Part shown: in pieces, positions 8,888-16,866 of the stretch
Layout: every line of letters starts with the position of its first letter
Numbering within the stretch: position 1 is the stretch's first letter
IMG/VR virus record: IMGVR_UViG_3300021255_002239
Span: 638-64,637 of that record
Length of the DNA stretch: 64,000 nucleotides
Origin: a virus
Taxonomy: Duplodnaviria; Caudoviricetes
Strand: one strand, 5' to 3'
Notes under the pieces: model-generated
Database searches by the model: none
What the model was told of the DNA's origin: nothing
Seen by the model: only the letters and a program-made list of their open reading frames with translations
Position numbers and translations under genes: made by a program

Positions 8888-10824
8888 GGCGATACAACCA
8901 GCTTCGGATCGTCCGTTACCTTCAAAAGGATTAACTGGCAATCCATCTTCGGAAGGTTGAAATCATTGACTGACTCTGCATTGTCGATAAACAACGGAGC
9001 TGTCACTCCAAGTTTTTTGGAGAAGGTTTTTATGATGTCCATTGCGCATACGATCCTGTGACCAGAATTCATATCCCGATATTTCACACCATTTAGCGAG
9101 ATCTCACACTCTTCCGTAATCCCACCGTTAATCTGCTGATTAAAAAGTGAGAAGTTGGTTACTTCGAAGCATGATGTAATCTTTTTCGACAGAAGCTCCG
9201 ATTTCTGGATGCTGAATTCTTCCAGAGTAATAAGCTTTTGTTCTGTATAAGCGATCTTCTGCCCAACGGTACGCTGTTCTTCTTCCAGTTCCTCTATACG
9301 ATGCGCTATGTCAGCATTCGTTGCTTTGATGGCATCAATCTCGGCTATCTGTTGCCGTACCGCATTCAGTTTTCCTTTAGTGCCGTTAATCTGGAGATTC
9401 ATCTCATCGATCTTCCAGGAGACTTCCTTGCTGGCACTGATTTTCTCCACGATGGATTCCAGTTCCTGATGCAGTGCAATCATCTTTTCATCTGCATTGA
9501 TATCCAAGTCAGGTCCGTATGCTTCATAAGCCTCATTGGCAGACCGCATCTCTGCTTTGGCTTTCTCAGATTCCTCTTCCAGAAGAGCAAGCGATATTTT
9601 TGCTTTTTCAAGATCCTGCTCGATGGAAGTAATGGAATTTTTAATTTCCCAACCTTTTGCTTTATGTGTTTCAAGATCCTGTTTTTTGAGATTTTCAAAG
9701 GCAGACTTTATTCTGGTGATCTCAGACTTCGGAAGCATCTGACCGCACGATTTACATACGGTCTGGCTTTCGTCAAACTCTCGACCGGCAGCTGCTTTGT
9801 ATGCCTGTCCTTCCGAATTAAGGCTTTCTCTCAGGACGGCAATCTTATTTGTATAGATGTCCACCTCTCCCTGGCATCTGGCACGTTTACGGTCGATATC
9901 CGAAAATGCAGTTTTCTTCTCGGAATAGATGCCATAAAGCCTATCCTTCTCGGATCTGCGCTTTGCAGACTCTTCCAAAATCTTGGCATTGATTTCATTC
10001 TGGATTTCAAGCTGTCTCTTGCGCAGTTCTGCCTCGGAAGAATCTGCCTTGAGAGCATCCATCTTCGCTGACAGTTCCGAAAGCTCTGCATCGAGATCCG
10101 CTTCATGATTGCGTAATTCTTCTGCGTCAGGCACTTCTCTGACCTGTTTGGAAACCTCGTCAACTCTTACCGGAAGTTCCTTCTGGAGTTTATTGAGATC
10201 ACGCAGTTCACGTTTTGCCTTTTCGGTGGATTTTTCCACACCGGCATTCAGAACATCTTCCCTGATGATTTCCCATCTGGTCGGATCGCTGTTAAGCACA
10301 TCCTCATCGGTCACATCACCGCAAAACTTTAACAGCAGTGCTTTCTTTTCCTGCCATTTCAGACCGGAGAAGTACCGAAGGTCCGCAATCAGACGGAAGG
10401 TTTCCTCTGGAAGGATCTCAGCGACCTTTGCTTTGTATTCTTTTTCGCTCTGGGGAAATCCGTTGATTTCAAACGCATTCGTGTTTCCTTCGAATGTCGG
10501 AGAAGTACTTCCTCTGCGCTTCGTCCACTTCTGCTTCTGGGTCTTTTTGAGAATGGTTTCTTTCCCATCTACATCCAGGACGGCTTCTACGGAGATCTCA
10601 ACGTTATCAATCTCTTTGCCGTCTGAACCAACAGGACGGATGCCAAAAGATGTGGCTCCTTGACTATCCTTGTTGAACAGGAGCCACAGAAACGCATCCA
10701 GAATACTCGTTTTGCCAGATGCGTTCTGACCGGAGATGGTGGTTACATCTCCAAAAGAAATGTCTGAAGATTTGCATCCTTTGAAGTTACGGATGCTTAA
10801 TGATTTCAAGATAATGTTTGACAT
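8884..10824 (-). CDS. SMC/Rad50(SbcC)-like AAA ATPase
   Basis: Walker A ISGQNASGKTS, long coiled coil with central CKSCGQ zinc hook, MNSGHR signature, LFIDNAE Walker B. Confidence 0.88.
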   Translation of the reverse strand: MSNIILKSLSIRNFKGCKSSDISFGDVTTISGQNASGKTSILDAFLWLLFNKDSQGATSFGIRPVGSDGKEIDNVEISVEAVLDVDGKETILKKTQKQKWTKRRGSTSPTFEGNTNAFEINGFPQSEKEYKAKVAEILPEETFRLIADLRYFSGLKWQEKKALLLKFCGDVTDEDVLNSDPTRWEIIREDVLNAGVEKSTEKAKRELRDLNKLQKELPVRVDEVSKQVREVPDAEELRNHEADLDAELSELSAKMDALKADSSEAELRKRQLEIQNEINAKILEESAKRRSEKDRLYGIYSEKKTAFSDIDRKRARCQGEVDIYTNKIAVLRESLNSEGQAYKAAAGREFDESQTVCKSCGQMLPKSEITRIKSAFENLKKQDLETHKAKGWEIKNSITSIEQDLEKAKISLALLEEESEKAKAEMRSANEAYEAYGPDLDINADEKMIALHQELESIVEKISASKEVSWKIDEMNLQINGTKGKLNAVRQQIAEIDAIKATNADIAHRIEELEEEQRTVGQKIAYTEQKLITLEEFSIQKSELLSKKITSCFEVTNFSLFNQQINGGITEECEISLNGVKYRDMNSGHRIVCAMDIIKTFSKKLGVTAPLFIDNAESVNDFNLPKMDCQLILLKVTDDPKLVVSP

Positions 10825-10925
10825 TATTTTTCTCCTCATTTATACTGAAGATGCCCGTTTTTGTTATATTTGTGGGTTTTCATAGTATGGATGTCTCATG
10901 GATCCCTCTATCTATGGGACATCTT

Positions 10926-11393
10926 TTAATTTGCGATTTTCATAAGGAAATCCCTTATGACTTTCTCGACATCAATGAGGTCCTTGTACTTCTTCTGGAA
11001 CATCTCCAGTTCCTTGTAAGCGTTTTCAAGTACCTTGTTCTTTGTGTCTTCATCCGAAAGAGCAACGGTGATAGGTCTGTACTTGGCCTTATCGTTGCGA
11101 TCATTGACAGAAACAAATGCTCTGACAGGTTCTGTCGGATATTCTTTCGAATCATCAACGGAAACGCATACCAGGTTCCCGATGATCATTTTGCTCTGGT
11201 GCAGACGATATCTCTCGGCTGCTTTGCCATCATCCCATTCATAACAAGAATGAAGTACCGCATCTTCCGGTCTTGAATCGTCCAGAAGAATCTGAGGAGT
11301 TACCTCTCCATAAATCTCATCCAAATGTTCTATGTGTTCTCCTGCTGTCTGTGCCGATACTTTGTATATCGGTGTCTTCCAATCGTAAACCAT
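10926..11393 (-). CDS. Uncharacterised protein directly downstream of the GGY-NN array (candidate accessory factor)
   Basis: Start refined to MVYDWKTP with AGAGAGGAG RBS; the longer ORF start lies inside the repeat. Confidence 0.7.
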   Translation of the reverse strand: MVYDWKTPIYKVSAQTAGEHIEHLDEIYGEVTPQILLDDSRPEDAVLHSCYEWDDGKAAERYRLHQSKMIIGNLVCVSVDDSKEYPTEPVRAFVSVNDRNDKAKYRPITVALSDEDTKNKVLENAYKELEMFQKKYKDLIDVEKVIRDFLMKIAN

Positions 11394-11431
11394 ATTGATT
11401 CTCCTCTCTTTTTGATTGGTGAAAGTTACAT

Positions 11432-11749
11432 GCCTGCCATACCATACCCTGCCCTGCCACACCGCACCTCACCAGACCGCACCGTGCCTTGCCTGCCGCA
11501 CCCCACCTTGCCTAACCTCGCCTCACCTTGCCTCACCTTGCCTTGCCTGCCACGAACAAGCCAAGCCTAACCTTGCCATACCCCACCTCAACTCACCAAA
11601 ACACACCGCTCCACACCTTGCCTGCCTTACCACGCCTCACCGCACCGAACCGCACCATGCCTTGCCATACCAAACCTGACCTGCCACACCCAACCACTAC
11701 CTACCGAACCGTACCGCACCATGCCAAACCAAAACCCACCATACCTGCC
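11432..11749 (-). repeat. GGY-NN pentamer array of five units (59, 54, 75, 59, 64 nt in plus order) delimited by GGCAGG; candidate guide-RNA array
   Basis: Plus strand parses as nn-RCC with 5-nt period; CCTGCC junctions at 11433, 11492, 11546, 11621, 11680, 11744; about 65 triplets, only 6 deviate from GGY. Confidence 0.95.
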
Positions 11750-11753
11750 GTGA

Positions 11754-12422
11754 TTATGCGTTGCTCAGTTCAAGATGATATCTTCCGAAATCTCCATCTT
11801 TCTCCGGCCTCCACTCACCGATACCGCAAACAAGACCACCGGCATCGATGCAGTTCAGAATCTGCTCGATTGTCATATTTCCGTTCTCGTTGTATTCCAT
11901 CAAAAATTCAATACTCCAGTTGCGGAATTCTCCACGATACCGCAGGTCGGCAGAACCGTTTCCGATGCGAACCATATCCTCACGCATGATTGGTGGATCG
12001 CTGATGATCTCTGCCATGTCACCATATGATGTTCTCAGGAAGTAAGAACCACGAAGTCCCATCTGATCTTTGACCCACTTCTGTCTGTACGCTGCACTGT
12101 TGGCAGCCTGTTTGATTCCTGTCAGCGGAAATCCGAATTTTGCACCGTTCTCAATGGCTTTCTGGAACTCTTCTGGTGTAGACTTGGGTTTATCTGTCAG
12201 CCAGTACATGGACTGAACGAAATCATCAAACGGATCCTTGGGGTCTTTTGCTTTGGTCTTCGTTTCGTTCGTCTGATTATCAATCATAATTTTTTTGGCT
12301 TTCTCGCTCCAGGCATGTACGATCAGTGGAGTATCTCCAACAATCTTAAGCGGGATGATTTTCATTCTTCTGGATTTGATCTCTACTAAAGTTGCTGCTG
12401 ACGATTTTGCTGCTTTTGCCAT
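11754..12422 (-). CDS. Stand-alone RAMP/Cas7-like RNA-binding protein (Vipr-like)
   Basis: IPLKIVGDTPLIVH first strand, FPLTGIKQAANSAA helix (cf. Csm3/Cmr4 iPGSSlKG), RYRGEFRNWSIEF strand, C-terminal Gly-rich loop GGLVCGIGEWRPEKDGDFGRY; no cas genes or CRISPR array nearby. Confidence 0.72.
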   Translation of the reverse strand: MAKAAKSSAATLVEIKSRRMKIIPLKIVGDTPLIVHAWSEKAKKIMIDNQTNETKTKAKDPKDPFDDFVQSMYWLTDKPKSTPEEFQKAIENGAKFGFPLTGIKQAANSAAYRQKWVKDQMGLRGSYFLRTSYGDMAEIISDPPIMREDMVRIGNGSADLRYRGEFRNWSIEFLMEYNENGNMTIEQILNCIDAGGLVCGIGEWRPEKDGDFGRYHLELSNA

Positions 12423-12517
12423 TGATTTCCTCTCTTTCTAGTGCTATACTGCACTTGTAGGCATAATTAGTTGTTATGTTTATACTTGCTGTGTCCTGAT
12501 GCTCTCGCCAAAGTCCA

Positions 12518-12802
12518 TCAGGGCATTTTTCTTTCTCCAAACATGAAGTCTCGGTTTCTCTGCTTGCGGTATTCCTCATAATCGATGACCTCTTCTTCCT
12601 GGTCTTCTTTTGTTTCCAATCTCTCATCGTTCCATCGGAAGAAAGTCTCCATCGCAAAAGCGACAGTAATTCCAATAATGACTCGATGAAACCATGTCAC
12701 ATCGATCCAGACACTTGACGCAGCAGCCAAAATGCCGATAACAACATCAGCCACATGCCGTGACCGAATTCTTGTGAGTTTTTCTAGTATTCTTCCCCTC
12801 AT
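12518..12802 (-). CDS. Small membrane protein
   Basis: Two hydrophobic segments, charged C-terminus. Confidence 0.6.
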   Translation of the reverse strand: MRGRILEKLTRIRSRHVADVVIGILAAASSVWIDVTWFHRVIIGITVAFAMETFFRWNDERLETKEDQEEEVIDYEEYRKQRNRDFMFGERKMP

Positions 12803-12820
12803 TTTTCTTCCCCCACATTC

Positions 12821-12964
12821 TTAGTGTTCAAGATAGTATTGGTAGTCCTCAACTATCTCTTTTCCCTGGCAACGAGACGGATCGTAGTTATCGTCCCAGT
12901 CATACTGGTCAATGCCGTACTCTTCCATTAACCAATCAAAAAATGTCATTTTCTCTGCTACCAT
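12821..12964 (-). CDS. Small hypothetical protein
   Basis: Start refined to MVAEKMTFF, overlapping upstream stop. Confidence 0.5.
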   Translation of the reverse strand: MVAEKMTFFDWLMEEYGIDQYDWDDNYDPSRCQGKEIVEDYQYYLEH

Positions 12965-13311
12965 TTTTCCAACCTCTCTTTCAGAACTTGCAGGACAATG
13001 TCCTTTATCTGTTCTTTGTCTGTTACTTCCGGCACTATATCCCACTGGTTGAGTGCCAGTTGCTTGATAATGATTTCTGGCTGATATTCTGGAACATGTT
13101 TTCTCATGCTCCGGTGCTGAAGGAGTCTTCTGTTACTTATGTAGTGAATAAATGCTGGGAGAAAAACTCTTGTTACACCGTCTTCCACCACTGCACTCTT
13201 TCCATATAGAAGATTTTCGTTCTTGAGTTCTTCGATGCGTCTACGGACAGTGATCTCAGACATTTCGAATTTCTCTGCCAGGGACTTTGCCGACATATAC
13301 ATTTTCCTCAC
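12958..13311 (-). CDS. HTH DNA-binding protein, excisionase-like
   Basis: SAKSLAEKFEMSEITVRRRIEEL helix-turn-helix; follows cro. Confidence 0.6.
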   Translation of the reverse strand: MRKMYMSAKSLAEKFEMSEITVRRRIEELKNENLLYGKSAVVEDGVTRVFLPAFIHYISNRRLLQHRSMRKHVPEYQPEIIIKQLALNQWDIVPEVTDKEQIKDIVLQVLKERLEKW

Positions 13312-13315
13312 CTCG

Positions 13316-13331
13316 GTTTAACGCTTTAAAC
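13316..13331. promoter_or_regulatory. Operator copy downstream of cro (GTTTAA-N4-TTAAAC)
   Basis: GTTTAAcgctTTAAAC, near-identical to the operator at 13598. Confidence 0.65.
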
Positions 13332-13334
13332 TAT

Positions 13335-13544
13335 TTAGGCAAAAAAATATATACCAGCTTCAGTAATTGGAATTTCAAGTGCATTGCACCATTGCACTAT
13401 ATCTTCCTGGTCGAACTGTACCCAACCATTCATCTTTTTGGATACAGAAACATCGGAAATTCCAAGGAATTCTGCGAATTTACCCTGAGAGCCAAATCGC
13501 TCTATGATCCTTCCTCGTAATTTGTCATATGTGTATCCAGCCAT
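13335..13544 (-). CDS. Cro-like HTH repressor (DUF739-like)
   Basis: YDKLRGRIIERFGSQGKFAEFLGISDVSVSKKMNG...F.Q.DI; divergent from cI. Confidence 0.85.
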   Translation of the reverse strand: MAGYTYDKLRGRIIERFGSQGKFAEFLGISDVSVSKKMNGWVQFDQEDIVQWCNALEIPITEAGIYFFA

Positions 13545-13596
13545 TATGTCACCCCTTTCTACGGTATTATGTAAATCATCCGTGTTTCTGATATGT

Positions 13597-13625
13597 AGTT
13601 TAACACTTTAAACCTACTATGTCAA
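13597..13625 (-). promoter_or_regulatory. Lytic promoter (TTGACA-17-TAAACT) overlapped by palindromic operator 13598-13613
   Basis: Minus-strand -35 at 13625-13620, -10 at 13602-13597; GTTTAAcactTTAAAC in the spacer/-10. Confidence 0.7.
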
Positions 13626-13665
13626 CACGTTTTTTCAAAAACGTTAAACTTTTTTTCTTTTGCTG

Positions 13666-13694
13666 TTGATTGTTTTAAACCGATGGTTTATAAT
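13666..13694 (+). promoter_or_regulatory. cI promoter (TTGATT-17-TATAAT) with degenerate operator 13665-13680
   Basis: Canonical 17-bp spacing upstream of the repressor RBS. Confidence 0.65.
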
Positions 13695-13730
13695 GGGTAT
13701 ACAATATAATATGAAGGGAGGCTTATTGTT

Positions 13731-14270
13731 TTGAAGACAGAAAGCGGTCCAGAATTAAGGGAAATATCTCAGAACAGAATAAAGCAATTGATTGACGAAC
13801 TTGCGAATGGTAGCCAGCAAGAATTTTCCGAACAGACAGGTGTAGCAAAAGCATCTATATCTCAGTATGTCAACAAAACAAATGCTCCCGGAAACATCAC
13901 TGCAGCCAAGATTGGTCAGAAGTATGGAATAAATCCGCTATGGATAATGGGATTTCCTGTTCCAAAAACCACCACAGATAATTCTGCTATTATCAATTTG
14001 CCAAATAAAAATAAAGATATCACTCTCACAAATCAGGAAATAGATTTGATTGAACGTTACCGCACCCTTGATGAGTACGGTCTTAAGATGATTATTACTG
14101 TTTTAGATATGGAATGCGAAAGATGTGAAGACGAAAACAATAGCACAATTTTCTTGCAACAGGAAGAAATCGAAAGTCTTCCGTTCAGAGATAGATTAGA
14201 AGCAATTAAGAACAGTGATGGATTCGGTGTCAAAGTTGCCAGAAAAAGTACAAGGGGGAATCAAAAATGA
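13731..14270 (+). CDS. CI-like XRE repressor
   Basis: SQQEFSEQTGVAKASISQYVN...INPLWIMG; divergent from cro, upstream of ImmA-like protease. Confidence 0.88.
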   Translation: MKTESGPELREISQNRIKQLIDELANGSQQEFSEQTGVAKASISQYVNKTNAPGNITAAKIGQKYGINPLWIMGFPVPKTTTDNSAIINLPNKNKDITLTNQEIDLIERYRTLDEYGLKMIITVLDMECERCEDENNSTIFLQQEEIESLPFRDRLEAIKNSDGFGVKVARKSTRGNQK

Positions 14271-14803
14271 AGAAAAAACTCATGGCTCTAATTTGTTGTC
14301 TTGTAATTACCACATCATGTGCTGCATATGCAGAAGAAACCACTACGGACCAAACTGAAACTACTGACGAAAACAATGCCACATTATCGGACGAAGACTA
14401 CAAAGCACAATGCCAAGAAACCTGGTACGATGACATTATTTTCGGTGACAGAAAAGACTTGACAGATACATATGTGAAACTTGATTTGTTTGTAGAAGAG
14501 ATCCGAATCTTTGATGCATTTGGATTGGATTACACAACAGAACAGTTGTTTAAAGATTATGACTTAGACCGTACTTTTTTCAGATGCGGTGTCAAACGTG
14601 ATGCAGAAACATGGAGTTATGTTGGACAGACGATTGATATGTTGATAAGTAATAGTGTTTATGGAGAAACAGACGTTTCAAACATTCATGCTGGTGACCA
14701 TTTAACAGTTTATTGCAAGGTTATTAGTTGCTTGTATGATGCATGGAACGGATATAATTCAGTATATGTATTGCCAAGAATAATTGAAAACAGAGGACAA
14801 TAA
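14267..14803 (+). CDS. Secreted/membrane-anchored lysogeny-module protein (possible superinfection exclusion)
   Basis: N-terminal signal peptide, acidic linker; function inferred from position only. Confidence 0.6.
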   Translation: MKKKLMALICCLVITTSCAAYAEETTTDQTETTDENNATLSDEDYKAQCQETWYDDIIFGDRKDLTDTYVKLDLFVEEIRIFDAFGLDYTTEQLFKDYDLDRTFFRCGVKRDAETWSYVGQTIDMLISNSVYGETDVSNIHAGDHLTVYCKVISCLYDAWNGYNSVYVLPRIIENRGQ

Positions 14804-14815
14804 TGAGGTGAAATC

Positions 14816-15001
14816 ATGGCCAGAATAAAATGTCCAAACATATTATGCCGTAGTGCAGATGTTTCTTTAATCGGTGAGAAGACAAAAACAAAACTTAATC
14901 TAAATCCTTTAAAACCATTTACTATAACCACAACCAAGCCAACAGGATCTCAAACGTTCAAATGTAATAAATGCGGTAAAGTTTTTAAGGCGAGGATATA
15001 A
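14816..15001 (+). CDS. Small zinc-ribbon protein
   Basis: CPNILC ... CNKCGKVF. Confidence 0.65.
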   Translation: MARIKCPNILCRSADVSLIGEKTKTKLNLNPLKPFTITTTKPTGSQTFKCNKCGKVFKARI

Positions 15002-15543
15002 TGTACGAATCAGAAGTTTTGGAAGTATATAAATTTAGCGATACAACATCTTTACCAGTCGATTGCAAAAAGATAGCTGACTCGATTGGATACAAAATAA
15101 AAACGTATCAATCCGCAGCATTATCAATCGAACATCTTTCCAGAATGATGCGTGTATCAAAGGATGCGTATGTGGAGAGGATCAGAAAATCAATTTATTA
15201 CAACGAGAATATAAGTAATAATTGTCGAATCAGATTCTCCCTTGCTCACGAACTTGGGCATGTAATCATGCTTACGGACAGTGAAGACGTTGCTGATATT
15301 TTTGCTTCCAATCTTCTTGCTCCAAGACCGATTGTATTTGCCCTACAACTGCGTACTGCGGTTCAGATTGCAGAAGTATTCAATATATCAATAACATCGG
15401 CAAACAAGGTTATCATGGACATGCATCGACATGGATTTTACAATCCTGGTAAGGCTGGCAACGAAATGATTGACTATTTCGGTTTAAGAGAATCCTGTCC
15501 ATCTTTGGATAACATCTGGAACAGAATAAGGATGGTGAGATAG
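15001..15543 (+). CDS. ImmA/IrrE family metallopeptidase (anti-repressor)
   Basis: RFSLAHELGH (HExxH), ADIFASNLLAP. Confidence 0.9.
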   Translation: MYESEVLEVYKFSDTTSLPVDCKKIADSIGYKIKTYQSAALSIEHLSRMMRVSKDAYVERIRKSIYYNENISNNCRIRFSLAHELGHVIMLTDSEDVADIFASNLLAPRPIVFALQLRTAVQIAEVFNISITSANKVIMDMHRHGFYNPGKAGNEMIDYFGLRESCPSLDNIWNRIRMVR

Positions 15544-16644
15544 ATGTGGGTAGAGAGGAAGAAGGACGGCAAGCTTCTTGCCAAGGAGCGTTATATCGAC
15601 CCATTAACAGGCAAAACGAAGCGAGTGGCAATTTCTATCGACCGTGACACAAAAGCCTGTAGAAAGACCGCTCAGAGCCTTCTGGAAGCAAAAATAGAAT
15701 CTCTGCTGTCTGTGCAGGACGATGCGAACATTACTTTGAAGGAATTGTCCGAAAAATACATCGAACGGCAGATGAAAAGCACTAGATCTCAGACATGGAG
15801 AAGAGATAAGTCTGTCATCGGTGTAGTTGTTCAGTTGCTAGGCGAAGATACGCTTGCGAATAAAGTGACCGCACGCTACGTTGATGAGACTTTTAGGTCC
15901 ACAGGGAAAGAGAATGTAACGCTTAACTCTTACCTGGAACAATTCAAACGGATGTATAAATGGGCATACCGTAATGATTTTGTTAATGACATATCCTTTT
16001 TGATAAAGTTGCAGAAATATCCAGATAATAAAAAAGAGCGGATCGAGGATAAGTTTTTATCATCAGATGATCTGTCGAAGCTGTTGTCCAGGATGAAAGT
16101 AACCAAATGGAGATTGTTGACTCACTTTCTTGCATTGTCTGGTCTTCGAATTGGAGAAGCTCTTGCTTTACTGAACGAAGATGTGACAGATGTGATTCGT
16201 GTCAATAAAACTTATGATGTACATGAAGGAAATGTGACAGACAGTGCCAAAACAGATGCTGGAAACCGTGAAGTTTTCATTCAGCCAGAACTGGCAGACG
16301 TTGTGAGTGACATCAGAGCATACATCAGAGAAGAATCGTTCGCCAAAGGATACAGAACGAACATTTTCATTCCTGACGAGGATGGAGACTATGTCAGATA
16401 TTTCGCTTATAACAAATATCTGAAAGAAAACACACTTGCTGTTCTGGGACGGAAATTGACACCACATGCTCTTCGCCATACTCATGTATCCCTTCTGGCA
16501 GAACAAGGATATCCACTGGATGCCATCAGCAGAAGAGTTGGTCATGAAGATAGTAAGATTACAAAAGCGATTTATCTCCATGTTACTGAAAAACAAAAAG
16601 AAAAAGACCGTCAGATGATGACGCAGATAAGGCTTTTGAAATAA
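15544..16644 (+). CDS. int: Tyrosine integrase
   Basis: SGLRIGEALAL, HALRHTH, RRVGH, IYLH catalytic residues; adjacent attP-like site. Confidence 0.95.
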   Translation: MWVERKKDGKLLAKERYIDPLTGKTKRVAISIDRDTKACRKTAQSLLEAKIESLLSVQDDANITLKELSEKYIERQMKSTRSQTWRRDKSVIGVVVQLLGEDTLANKVTARYVDETFRSTGKENVTLNSYLEQFKRMYKWAYRNDFVNDISFLIKLQKYPDNKKERIEDKFLSSDDLSKLLSRMKVTKWRLLTHFLALSGLRIGEALALLNEDVTDVIRVNKTYDVHEGNVTDSAKTDAGNREVFIQPELADVVSDIRAYIREESFAKGYRTNIFIPDEDGDYVRYFAYNKYLKENTLAVLGRKLTPHALRHTHVSLLAEQGYPLDAISRRVGHEDSKITKAIYLHVTEKQKEKDRQMMTQIRLLK

Positions 16645-16646
16645 TT

Positions 16647-16863
16647 TGCCCTACCAAATGCCCCACCAAGAGACGGTCTAAGCCTTGAAACCCTTGATTT
16701 TAAAGGGTTTCTTTTATTTTATCAATGCGGCTAACAGGCAGAAAGTTGATAACCAGAGATAACTGTAGAATATCAAATGTGTATTTTAACTGTGTTTTTT
16801 GTCTTTTTTGGCTTCAGATGTTATCAGAAGTTATCAAAATTTGCCCCACCATTTGCCCCACCA
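16647..16863. other. attP-like site with four arm-type repeats TGCCC(C/T)ACCA
   Basis: Direct repeats at 16647, 16659, 16842, 16854 (12-bp period within pairs) flanking a central region. Confidence 0.75.
16687..16720 (+). terminator. Intrinsic terminator after integrase
   Basis: GAAACCCTT / AAGGGTTTC stem followed by TTTTATTTT. Confidence 0.7.
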
Positions 16864-16866
16864 AAA

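Noticed and set aside
9238-10071. Long plus-strand ORFs such as 9238-10071, 17623-18294, 29735-30382 and 35566-36318
   Set aside because: Antisense shadows of well-supported minus-strand genes, with no recognisable motifs
11432-11749. Array as a CRISPR array or ordinary microsatellite
   Set aside because: No 25-40 nt constant repeat with spacers; the variable dinucleotides differ between units, unlike slippage-generated tandem repeats
11416-11989. Plus-strand ORFs 11416-11679 and 11528-11989 (PCLTSPHLA-type) and the MWQGRVWYG extension of the 10926 gene
   Set aside because: Low-complexity translations of the pentamer array, antisense to the operon, with no RBS
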